IMG/VR virus record: IMGVR_UViG_3300003375_000109
Span: 1 to 27,941 of that record
Reading direction: 5' to 3' (one strand)
Origin: a virus
Taxonomy: Duplodnaviria > Caudoviricetes
DNA: 27,941 nucleotides
Shown: in pieces, positions 18,163 to 26,294 of the stretch
How the letters are laid out: every line of letters begins with the position of its first letter
Position numbering within the stretch: the stretch's first letter is position 1
Translations under genes and position numbers: made by a program
Notes under the pieces: generated by a model
What the model saw: only the letters and a program-made list of their open reading frames with translations
Database searches by the model: none
What the model was told of the DNA's origin: nothing

Positions 18163-20034
18163 ATGCCAAGAAAGTTCCCCACTGTGCCTACTATGGCAGA
18201 GATGAAAGCATTCCTTGATCGTGCTAAAGGATACCAGGAGCAGTTTACTCCTGGTTTTTACCATGGTAGTCCATCAAATAAAATTAAGGCGTTTGATCCT
18301 ACTAAGGCAAATAAAGATGAATTACTTGTGACTCCCGGAATGACATTTGTCACACCTGATCCTAAATTTGCTCATTCTTTTATGCCCATAACACCGACTA
18401 ATGATTTAAAAGCTCCGGACAAATACCGCACAGGTGCTACAATTTATCCAGTTAATGTCAATTTTGGAAAACATCTTGATCCTGACACGCCGGAAGGTGA
18501 AAATTTTATTAGAGAATTTGTAAAAAATAGACCTAAATCTGAAAAATGGGATGTTGAGGCATTTTTTGACCCTAATCATAACTATACATCGATGGAGGCT
18601 CCAAGTTTTGTTGATGCTGTTAAGACTGCCGGTTATGATACTTTTGCGGTAAATGAAGGTGGTGTTAAAAACGTTGGTATCTTTGACCCTAAAAATATCC
18701 GCGGTAAGTTTGCTAATTACAATCCAGACGAGGCAATGAACCCAGACTTTATGAAGGCCGAGGGTGGTGCTGTTGAGCATTTTGAGGTCGGCGGTAAAGT
18801 TGGTTTTGCTTTAGATTTAGCTAAAAAAATTGCCCCTAAGTTTGATATAAATGCTGTTCAAAATATGCCGGTTGGTTCTGCAGCAAAACAAATTCCGGTA
18901 GCAAAAGCATTTCAAATGCTATCGTCTGAAAATGTAGACCCAGCGATTAAGAGTAAAATATTTCAGGACTATGTCTCTAAGCATCCAAGTTTAATTAAAA
19001 AATCTGGTGCCACAAATTACGACGAGCTTACACAGGCCGCGTATGAAAAAATGGTCAAGGAAACAAAAGACCAATATGATCTTATGACCGGCTCAGGTAT
19101 CAAAATAGATTGGGATCCCACTGGAGCAAAGTCATATAAAAATTCAGCTGAGATGTTAAAAGACGCAGCTGAAAACAAACACCTTACTGTGTTCCAGGGT
19201 GGTGAGCCACATCCTCTTATTCCTGGTAAATCAAATGAACAGTTTAGGGCCGTACATGATTACTTTGGTCATGGCACTACAGGATCATCCTTTGGTCCTA
19301 AGGGTGAAGAGTTAGCCTACGGAGCACACTCACAGATGTATTCTCCTTTGGCTAGACTTGCCGCTGCTACAGAGACAAGAGGCCAAAACTCTTTTGTTAA
19401 TTACTCTGGTATAAATGACGAGCTGATTAAAAAGATGAATGAGGCCCGTGCCGGAGGCGCCAGTCCAGAAGAGCTGCAACAGCTTGGTCAGCAGTGGCAA
19501 TACGCTCCACAAAAAGGTTTGATTTTACCAGCTGAACAGGTTGACATTAACTACAAAGGTTACTCTGCTGGTGGTGAGATTATCAAACAGGCACTACAGC
19601 ACGCTAAGCAAATTCCGTTCGTGCACTTTTCTAAAGCTGAAAATATCTCACGCTTAGAGCCTGCTATGTATGGAACAGGCATCAAGGGCGCTGAGGGTGT
19701 ACGCCTACAAGACGCACCAGATATTAAACCGCGTTCATATTTTTATGTTGATAGGCCAGATGTTCGCCCAGAGCAGGGACTAGGAAGTGTTAAGTATAGC
19801 GGTGTATCGCAGGCAAGCTATCCTCTGCATGAGGACCCCGCTGGATACTATAAGCTGGCCAAGGAATTGGCTAAAGACCCATATTTTGCTAAACAGGGCG
19901 TTGAGATTATTGACCGTCCTAAAATGTTAAACGAAGTAGAGCGTGCAATTAAAAATGCAGGCTACACAGGATACCATACTGATGATGCTGGTATCCTGTT
20001 TCACCCGACTGACGTCACTAGAGCCGCAGATTAA
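18163..20034 (+). CDS. Three-module polyvalent-type protein (ART-like, HDxxGH domain, second ART-like); start reassigned to ATG 18163
   Basis: Module 1 FYHGS...FD...TFVT...IYPV...GYD...IFDPKNIRGKF; module 2 FRAVHDYFGH...GEE.A...TETRGQNS; module 3 FVHFS...YGTGIKGAE...SYFY. ATG lies 2 nt after the upstream stop. Confidence 0.6.
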   Translation: MPRKFPTVPTMAEMKAFLDRAKGYQEQFTPGFYHGSPSNKIKAFDPTKANKDELLVTPGMTFVTPDPKFAHSFMPITPTNDLKAPDKYRTGATIYPVNVNFGKHLDPDTPEGENFIREFVKNRPKSEKWDVEAFFDPNHNYTSMEAPSFVDAVKTAGYDTFAVNEGGVKNVGIFDPKNIRGKFANYNPDEAMNPDFMKAEGGAVEHFEVGGKVGFALDLAKKIAPKFDINAVQNMPVGSAAKQIPVAKAFQMLSSENVDPAIKSKIFQDYVSKHPSLIKKSGATNYDELTQAAYEKMVKETKDQYDLMTGSGIKIDWDPTGAKSYKNSAEMLKDAAENKHLTVFQGGEPHPLIPGKSNEQFRAVHDYFGHGTTGSSFGPKGEELAYGAHSQMYSPLARLAAATETRGQNSFVNYSGINDELIKKMNEARAGGASPEELQQLGQQWQYAPQKGLILPAEQVDINYKGYSAGGEIIKQALQHAKQIPFVHFSKAENISRLEPAMYGTGIKGAEGVRLQDAPDIKPRSYFYVDRPDVRPEQGLGSVKYSGVSQASYPLHEDPAGYYKLAKELAKDPYFAKQGVEIIDRPKMLNEVERAIKNAGYTGYHTDDAGILFHPTDVTRAAD

Positions 20035-22005
20035 TTACTTTCTGTAACGCTTGCCAAACCATCCCTCCGCAGCAAGAGGAAAATCCGAAGCCCACGATGG
20101 AGCTGTTGTCATTATTTTAATTACATCCTCTAATGCGGCCTCCGAATTTTCTTCTGTTACTTCTAAAAGGACTTCATCGTGGATCAAGTTGATCACCTCG
20201 TAACCGGCTTTCTCAAGGTTAAGCATAGCCACGGCAAGACAATCTCTAGCGGTACCCTGTACAGCGGATTGAAAGATAGAACTACCAATCAAGGCGTTCC
20301 TGCTCCACTGCCGAGTGTAAGTGTTTTGGCTGTGGACAGTGACGCCAGTCTTCTGACTCCCCCATGGTGTGGTGAGCAGCTCGAGCTGTGGCCTCTGCCA
20401 GCAGATAAGGCGCCCTGATGGTAATTGCATCCACAGAGCATTTTTGGCAACCTTTAAAACGAGCCGATCTCCGGCACGAAAAGGGTTTCCGGGATTCTGT
20501 GTTGCAAGAATCGCAGCGGTCTCGCATTGCGCCCATAGCTCCTTCACACGCGAGTAGGAGGCTCGATAATTATCTACTGCATTCTTTGCCTGTCCTTCTG
20601 ATAGCTTGACTCCCATCCCCTCAGCATATTTGACAAGACCCTTAGCTCCTTGGCCAAACATCGCACCGAGGACCGCAGACTTACTAATTTGTCTCTGATC
20701 TTTTGTGACCTCATCGTATGGTACACGATACAGGCTCTCAGAGGCGAAAACTTTATACTCATCTAATCCCTTTCTAAATAGTTCTACTTTGTCTTTTTGA
20801 CCTGCAAGATAAACGCCAACTCGGTTTTCAATTGAGCTAAAATCCACATCAACGAAGGTTTTGCCTTCCGGAGCTCGGATTGCACTTCTGACCAAGCTAC
20901 TGAGTTCCGCCATTGTAACGGGCTTACTTGTGCTTTGCTTCTCTCGGCTAATTGCCGCTCCATCTCCTCCACCAAATACGCGTGGTATAGCTTGTTCAAT
21001 CTCATCATCGCTAATCGTCGGCCTGGCAATATTCTGTAAGTTAAGTCCACCACGGCTCGCCCAGCGGCCGGTACTAGCGCCATGATATACCAGTGTATTC
21101 CTAATTTTTCCATCTCGTTGTATCTCCAACATCTTAGCGTACTTAGCCACGCTAGTTTGGCTTCCTTCTTGCCTAAGCTCCAGCGCTTTTTTTACGCGCG
21201 TAGGAATGCTGCACTGCAGCATTTTTGAAACGGTCTCAGCGGTCAGATCCTCTAATTGCTTGTACCCCATCGCTAATAAACACTTGTTAATCCAGTCTAG
21301 CAGTTTAGCCCTCTCAGAAGGCTTAAAACCGGTCAAGGAGACGCATTCAGCATCGATTGAGGCCTGAGCATAATTGACTGCCTTTACGGCGTTCTGGAGC
21401 TCGTTAGGATCCACTGGGACACCACGCAGGTTGATCCGTTGAGTAAGCTCCCAAATTTGCTGTTCATTAGCGGAGAGCGGGCGGAGAAGTTGGACAATTG
21501 CCATCTCAGTTCTAACGTCCTGGGAACAGTACTCAAATAATTCGGCAAGTAATTGCGGGTCATTTTCAAACACTCCTTTACGATTTGGTTTACATAGCTT
21601 TTGGATTAAATAGCGACCCCTTGTGTCTTTCTGATGAGTCGCATCCATAAAGATAGACGCATCACCAAGAGACTGGGGGATGTTATTTGCCGCTGCAATT
21701 GCCATAGAGTCAATGCACTGCTCTAGTTTGAGTGGTGGCCAGCCGTACTTAGGCACACAGACACAATTCCACAAAGCATACTCAAACATGGCGTTCCATG
21801 CCTGGATTTTGCCACCCATGCGAACGTGGTCTAAAAAATCTTCTTCGGGGTATAAATCGTGCGGTGATGAAACATGCACATTGTCAGGTTGGGTGCCGAA
21901 CGCAATACACAACACTTCTGTGCTGGGGTCGTTGGCGTAGATGTCAAGACCTTGGTCTTTTAATTCGATGGTGCTACGTGTTTCAAAGTCAATGCTGTAA
22001 ATCAT
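20035..22005 (-). CDS. polA: Phage DNA polymerase, family A, with 3'-5' exonuclease
   Basis: Exo I IDFET, TGRWAS...NLQN, motif A DFSSIENR, motif B RQISKSAVLGAMFG, motif C IHDE. AGGAG RBS. Confidence 0.95.
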   Translation of the reverse strand: MIYSIDFETRSTIELKDQGLDIYANDPSTEVLCIAFGTQPDNVHVSSPHDLYPEEDFLDHVRMGGKIQAWNAMFEYALWNCVCVPKYGWPPLKLEQCIDSMAIAAANNIPQSLGDASIFMDATHQKDTRGRYLIQKLCKPNRKGVFENDPQLLAELFEYCSQDVRTEMAIVQLLRPLSANEQQIWELTQRINLRGVPVDPNELQNAVKAVNYAQASIDAECVSLTGFKPSERAKLLDWINKCLLAMGYKQLEDLTAETVSKMLQCSIPTRVKKALELRQEGSQTSVAKYAKMLEIQRDGKIRNTLVYHGASTGRWASRGGLNLQNIARPTISDDEIEQAIPRVFGGGDGAAISREKQSTSKPVTMAELSSLVRSAIRAPEGKTFVDVDFSSIENRVGVYLAGQKDKVELFRKGLDEYKVFASESLYRVPYDEVTKDQRQISKSAVLGAMFGQGAKGLVKYAEGMGVKLSEGQAKNAVDNYRASYSRVKELWAQCETAAILATQNPGNPFRAGDRLVLKVAKNALWMQLPSGRLICWQRPQLELLTTPWGSQKTGVTVHSQNTYTRQWSRNALIGSSIFQSAVQGTARDCLAVAMLNLEKAGYEVINLIHDEVLLEVTEENSEAALEDVIKIMTTAPSWASDFPLAAEGWFGKRYRK

Positions 22006-22023
22006 AATATGCTCCTATGGCAA

Positions 22024-22103
22024 GCCAACGTATTGGCGGTTGTGGGTGCCGGCTGTGTAACCGCAGGCCGGCGCTACGATGTTCAATCCCCGTTACACTG
22101 GGG
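22024..22103 (-). ncRNA. Putative structured leader of DNA polymerase (three hairpins, kissing loop)
   Basis: Stems CCCC/GGGG, GCCGG-CUG/CAG-CCGGC and GCCAA-UACG-UUGGC. Loop sequences GUGUAAC and GUUACAC are complementary. Confidence 0.5.
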
Positions 22104-22120
22104 TTCGGAGTAAAGCAAAA

Positions 22121-23995
22121 TTATACCTCACAAACTCCAGCGCTGCAAGCTAGCTGCTGCGCGCCTTCGACGTTGTCGGTTTCTTCTTTGAACTCTTCCC
22201 AGTTGATGTGGGGGAGGCTGGCTTTGAGCTCTTTGTACTCTTCTTCGGTGCACTCTTCGTAAGGGGCTTGTCTGTAGGTTCCGCCGTCGTACGGGAGATA
22301 GCTGACTCCGCTGATTTCCCCAAAGTGCTCCCATGTCCATGCTCCAACAGTTGGCCAATCTTTTTCTGCAACTGAAATAGTAACGGATGGCTTATGTTCA
22401 CACCAGTGTCGTTGGTATGTAAGCCATAGTTCAAGATGGCTAATAGGAGTAACGTCTGCTCTTGTAATTCCGGCGGGTGCTTTAATAGGAAAGCTAAACA
22501 CCACCGTCTGATCAGGTTTATAAACGCATGCTTCATTTGGTACTCCTTGTTGAATTAAGAACTGTGTTAGAGGGTCTTTCTTATCTCCACGCACTCTGCG
22601 GATATAGAACTTGCTATGTCTTGGATGGATACCAGAAGCGCTGTCAACGAGTTGGGACACGGTTCCTGATGGTTTGACACATGTGATTGCAGCAGACTTA
22701 GGAATGTTAAGCAACGCCGCATACTCTTCATTCGCTGCTCTAGCTGCTTCTCTGAGCTCTGATAGTAACTCATTTAATTCCTCTCCTTGTGTACACAAGA
22801 GTTTGTTGTCGTATATTCCGGTAAGTGATACGCCCAGTAAACGTTCTTCTTCCGTATTGCGTTGCCACACTTTTCGTAAATACGGAAACTTAGTAAACGT
22901 AGATTGAATAGTACCCAAAATCGCAGCGAGTCGTACTTTGCGTAAAAGTGTTTCTTTATCGTCGTCATGTCGTACCACGCACTCTGAAAGATTGCAGAAC
23001 TGATACGGGCGAAGAACGATTTCCGAGCAGGGGTTGGTGCCAAACTCGTAGTTGGGGTCACGGTGCCCGTACTTCTCCACGGTTTTGCGCGCTGCTTCAC
23101 GGTTAAAAATCCCCCGTTCACCGCTGTGAGAATTATAAAGTGATAACCACTCCTCCATGAATTTGCCGACTGTCGGCGTCTCGTTGTAGACCGCAGAGTT
23201 GTTTGCAAGCGCTCTGTGTGGCGCAGTGTCCCACCATGGACCAGCTTTAGCATGACGAATCCTTTCATCATCAAGATCAGATAACGAGATCATTGCAGAG
23301 CGGCGTACGCCGCCCACTACGACAACCTCACCAATTTTACACATCAAGTCGTGACACTCTAAGCTGTGCAGCTTGCGGCCTTGAGCATGTTTAAATGTTG
23401 CTACTGTAAATTCAAATAAATCAATTAATGGTTGTGGCCCGGAAGCTCTTCCACCAAATGTTTTGAGTCGTGCTCCGGCGGGGCGGACATTGGACACGTC
23501 CCACTTTGGAATTTCTCCAGACCAGAGGTGGGCGAGGAGTAGACGTAATGATTTGGCCCATCCTTCTTTGGAGTCGTGGACAGCAATCGTATGTTCCGAA
23601 TCAAATAATTGGTCAGGCACTTCCGGCAAACAGTTGATGTATTTACTTTCGACGCTGAATCCCACCCCAGTTCCACAGAGCAAAATGAACATCGCCTCGT
23701 CAAATGATTTTGGATCATCAACGGGCAAATAACTGCAATTATATACGCAAGTATTGTCACGGTCGGCACTCTTTCCTGCAGTCATCATGGCACGCATGGA
23801 CGGCATCAATTCAAGGTTAACGATAGAGTCATACAACTCTGCTTTCAATTCACTGTTACCAGTAATCGCTGGTGTACGACTAAAAATATAATCTACGAAA
23901 CGTGTTACTGTCTCTGGCCAAGTCTCACGACGACCCTTGTCATCTTGATATCTGGCATAACGGCTGGCGGCAATGTATTCTTGATACTGATCCAT
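22121..23995 (-). CDS. nrdJ: Class II (adenosylcobalamin-dependent) ribonucleotide reductase, monomeric RTPR type
   Basis: YNCS, GTGVGFS, VVVGGVRRSAMI, GTNPCSEI, TCVKPSGT and C-terminal CSAGVC. No beta-subunit gene nearby. Confidence 0.92.
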   Translation of the reverse strand: MDQYQEYIAASRYARYQDDKGRRETWPETVTRFVDYIFSRTPAITGNSELKAELYDSIVNLELMPSMRAMMTAGKSADRDNTCVYNCSYLPVDDPKSFDEAMFILLCGTGVGFSVESKYINCLPEVPDQLFDSEHTIAVHDSKEGWAKSLRLLLAHLWSGEIPKWDVSNVRPAGARLKTFGGRASGPQPLIDLFEFTVATFKHAQGRKLHSLECHDLMCKIGEVVVVGGVRRSAMISLSDLDDERIRHAKAGPWWDTAPHRALANNSAVYNETPTVGKFMEEWLSLYNSHSGERGIFNREAARKTVEKYGHRDPNYEFGTNPCSEIVLRPYQFCNLSECVVRHDDDKETLLRKVRLAAILGTIQSTFTKFPYLRKVWQRNTEEERLLGVSLTGIYDNKLLCTQGEELNELLSELREAARAANEEYAALLNIPKSAAITCVKPSGTVSQLVDSASGIHPRHSKFYIRRVRGDKKDPLTQFLIQQGVPNEACVYKPDQTVVFSFPIKAPAGITRADVTPISHLELWLTYQRHWCEHKPSVTISVAEKDWPTVGAWTWEHFGEISGVSYLPYDGGTYRQAPYEECTEEEYKELKASLPHINWEEFKEETDNVEGAQQLACSAGVCEV

Positions 23996-24032
23996 TTATT
24001 ATTCTCTATTGTTATTATGGTTGATAAAGGGC

Positions 24033-24064
24033 AAAAAAGGGTGAGCCAGTTTCTAGCCCACCCT
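24033..24064 (-). terminator. Intrinsic terminator after SSB gene
   Basis: AGGGUGGGCUAG-AAA-CUGGCUCACCCU followed by UUUUU. The G-U pairs form only on the - strand. Confidence 0.8.
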
Positions 24065-24090
24065 CGCCCATCTACTGGGTACTACTAAAC

Positions 24091-24609
24091 TTAAACTGCG
24101 AAGTCTGCAGCTGCGGATGTAGATCCGCCAAACTTCTCACCGTCTTCCAATTTCTGAACGTTGTTCAGACCAGCTGCGATACCTTTGGAGCCGCTTGTAT
24201 CGTATGGATACAATGTGATTGATGCACGACCATAGCAACCTGAGTAAAACTCGCTGGTGTCAATGATTGGGTTCAAATCGGCGTCAACGATACCTGGCTT
24301 TTCATTGGAGCTGGCGTTGATGAAATAGTGACCTGCATAAGCTGGGTCATCTTTCTCGGCATCACCGTCGCGTAAGCCACCCTTAAGAGTCTTAGGAATT
24401 GAGCCACCCCAGACGTTTGCGTTAGCTGTCTTGGTCTCTTCAAATGCCTTCTTAAAGCGGTTTACTGTGTCTGTGTCAGACTTAGGGATCAAGATTGAAA
24501 CTGAGTACTTCAGTGTGCCGTTAGGTGTCTCAGCAGGCTGGAACACGTTAGCGTAAGAGAAACGTACTTTACCAGTTACAAACTTGGTTTTTAATGATTT
24601 TGATGCCAT
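24091..24609 (-). CDS. ssb: Single-stranded DNA-binding protein, DUF2815 / T7 gp2.5-like
   Basis: VRFSYANVF, KYSV..LIPKSD, LRDGD, FYSGCY, GIAAGLNNVQK..DGE.FGG and acidic/aromatic C-terminus. Confidence 0.88.
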   Translation of the reverse strand: MASKSLKTKFVTGKVRFSYANVFQPAETPNGTLKYSVSILIPKSDTDTVNRFKKAFEETKTANANVWGGSIPKTLKGGLRDGDAEKDDPAYAGHYFINASSNEKPGIVDADLNPIIDTSEFYSGCYGRASITLYPYDTSGSKGIAAGLNNVQKLEDGEKFGGSTSAAADFAV

Positions 24610-24634
24610 TATGATTAATTCCTTTTTAACATAA

Positions 24635-24670
24635 AGACTGGACTTCAGTTGGGGCCAGTCTGTCTACCCA
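24635..24670 (-). promoter_or_regulatory. Putative H-type pseudoknot in SSB mRNA leader
   Basis: Stem AGACUGG/CCAGUCU; upstream UGGG can pair with CCCA in the loop. Confidence 0.4.
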
Positions 24671-24675
24671 TACTG

Positions 24676-24691
24676 CTACTAATACGCAAAT
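24676..24691 (-). promoter_or_regulatory. Conserved motif ATTTGCGTATTAGTAG upstream of SSB
   Basis: Exact reverse-complement copy of 2611-2626. Confidence 0.6.
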
Positions 24692-24722
24692 CTACTACTT
24701 AATATTTCACGATGTGATAAAC

Positions 24723-24980
24723 TTATGCGTCGTACAAAATGCCTAAATTACTCATCGCTTGTTTCATTGCCAGGGCCCTGATAAAGTCTGTTAAATACTC
24801 AGGCTCTTCAATTACCTCCGGCTCTTCTGCTACTATATCTAAAATTTCGTCAATTGATTCTCGTAATTGGCAGACACCCTCACGGTATCCGCTGCCAGGT
24901 AGAGTATCAAAGTCTTTTAAAAACTTATCAATCAATATGTCCGGCACCTCAAACTCCGAACCATAGCACTCTACCACCAT
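24723..24980 (-). CDS. Small acidic hypothetical protein
   Basis: AGGAGG RBS; 20 D/E versus 6 K/R in 85 aa. Confidence 0.7.
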   Translation of the reverse strand: MVVECYGSEFEVPDILIDKFLKDFDTLPGSGYREGVCQLRESIDEILDIVAEEPEVIEEPEYLTDFIRALAMKQAMSNLGILYDA

Positions 24981-24988
24981 ATTGCCTC

Positions 24989-25138
24989 CTAAATTTTTAA
25001 TGCTGCTAATATTAGTCCTATGTTACCAATGACGTATCCAAGAAAAGATAAACCAAATCCAATCTCATTGTTTCTAAAAAAGTTAATCGCAACAACAAAA
25101 TAAACTACAGCAATAAACCCCATCAGCCATGTGTTCAT
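24989..25138 (-). CDS. Small two-TM membrane protein, 49 aa (MNTWLMGFIAVVYFVVAINFFRNNEIGFGLSFLGYVIGNIGLILAALKI), not in ORF track
   Basis: ATGA overlap with the DUF2800 stop, AGGAGG upstream; its stop overlaps the RBS of the next gene. Confidence 0.7.
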   Translation of the reverse strand: MNTWLMGFIAVVYFVVAINFFRNNEIGFGLSFLGYVIGNIGLILAALKI

Positions 25139-26262
25139 GCAAAGTCCTCCTTCGCATCTTCTTTTACTTTTACCAGCTTTGGCTCACCCTCTGGACGCAA
25201 CACTAACTCGCCTAGCCAAGCCGCTACTTGCTTGTTAATTTTTTCCAGTGAGGAGATTGATTTGAGCTTTGGAGGCTCCCAAATAACTTGTGGGTCCATA
25301 CCCTTCTCAACCAAAACGGTGGCCGCCAGGGCCGTGTCTGCGATCTTACGGTGGGTCTTTGTGGTGCCCAGCTTGTATCCGGGTGGCACAATGTTTTCCT
25401 GTACTGCCCGGGTTAGTGCGTACTCTTCTACGTCATTGACCCAAGTCTTTAACTGCTGCGCTTTTGAGATTACTAGACTGATCTCGTCATCGTCTAGTAA
25501 CGGCGGCGCTTTGAACTCTTGCTTAGCGAGTTCTGTATTGAAGTCGCTGCGCGCTCTGCATTGCGCTTTTGCACGACAGAAGCCACACCACTCACCTGGG
25601 AGGAACTCTCCGGATCCGCTCCAAGCCTTTTTAGCTTTAGGTCTGACATAGTAGGCAGCCCAGTCAAGTAACTTTGCCAAGGAGGTGCCATCAGTTGAAA
25701 TGCTGTCCAAGCGAGGCTGATGGATTGTGTACTCGACTTCTTTGATTTCTGGATACTCTTCTTTAAATTTTTCAAATGCTCCGAGAGCATATAATCTAAG
25801 TTGAGGATTGTCAATTGCCGAGACGGGTATGCCCTTGCCAAACTTAAGATCAATAACTCGAATTTTGTGTTTAGATAATATGACAACGTCTGCGGTGCCA
25901 AACCCGTCAGGAATATACTCAGAGAAGTCCACGCGTTGCTCAAATAGCGGAACATCGCCTTCACCAATTTGGGAACGAACGTATAGTACATAATTATCGA
26001 CGTTAGCCTCGAAATCGTCATTGTAATATTCTGTTGCTTTAATGATCGCTTCTTCATGCTGATACTCCTCAATTCCAATTTGTCCAAAATGGTGTCTTAG
26101 TTTTGCCTCCGCCAATGCGTGCGCCATGGTGCCTTCTTGACTGAAGTCAAATGCGCCTGAGGCTTTCTTTTGTTCGGGGAGTGTTGCCTCTAATCTTGCG
26201 CTGGGGGTACAGGATAGCCATCGTTTGGATCCTGATGCGCTTAGGAGTGCGTGTGCGGTCAT
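25135..26262 (-). CDS. DUF2800 family PD-(D/E)XK (Cas4-like) nuclease; start reassigned to ATG 26262
   Basis: HALLSAS...RWL.C, EGT.AH, EQRV, FGTAD, IDLKFG, NPQL.LYA and C..C.....C cluster. Canonical DUF2800-DUF2815-PolA neighbourhood. Confidence 0.88.
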   Translation of the reverse strand: MTAHALLSASGSKRWLSCTPSARLEATLPEQKKASGAFDFSQEGTMAHALAEAKLRHHFGQIGIEEYQHEEAIIKATEYYNDDFEANVDNYVLYVRSQIGEGDVPLFEQRVDFSEYIPDGFGTADVVILSKHKIRVIDLKFGKGIPVSAIDNPQLRLYALGAFEKFKEEYPEIKEVEYTIHQPRLDSISTDGTSLAKLLDWAAYYVRPKAKKAWSGSGEFLPGEWCGFCRAKAQCRARSDFNTELAKQEFKAPPLLDDDEISLVISKAQQLKTWVNDVEEYALTRAVQENIVPPGYKLGTTKTHRKIADTALAATVLVEKGMDPQVIWEPPKLKSISSLEKINKQVAAWLGELVLRPEGEPKLVKVKEDAKEDFA

Positions 26263-26294
26263 GTTAGCCTTTTTAGTCTGTTTATCTGTACATT

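Noticed and set aside
22006-22120. Cobalamin riboswitch next to nrdJ
   Set aside because: The element is downstream of nrdJ and I see no B12-box or GGGAA core; only the kissing-loop feature is shared.
25135-26262. Cas4 implying a CRISPR system
   Set aside because: DUF2800 is a stand-alone phage replication/recombination nuclease; no cas genes or array are present.
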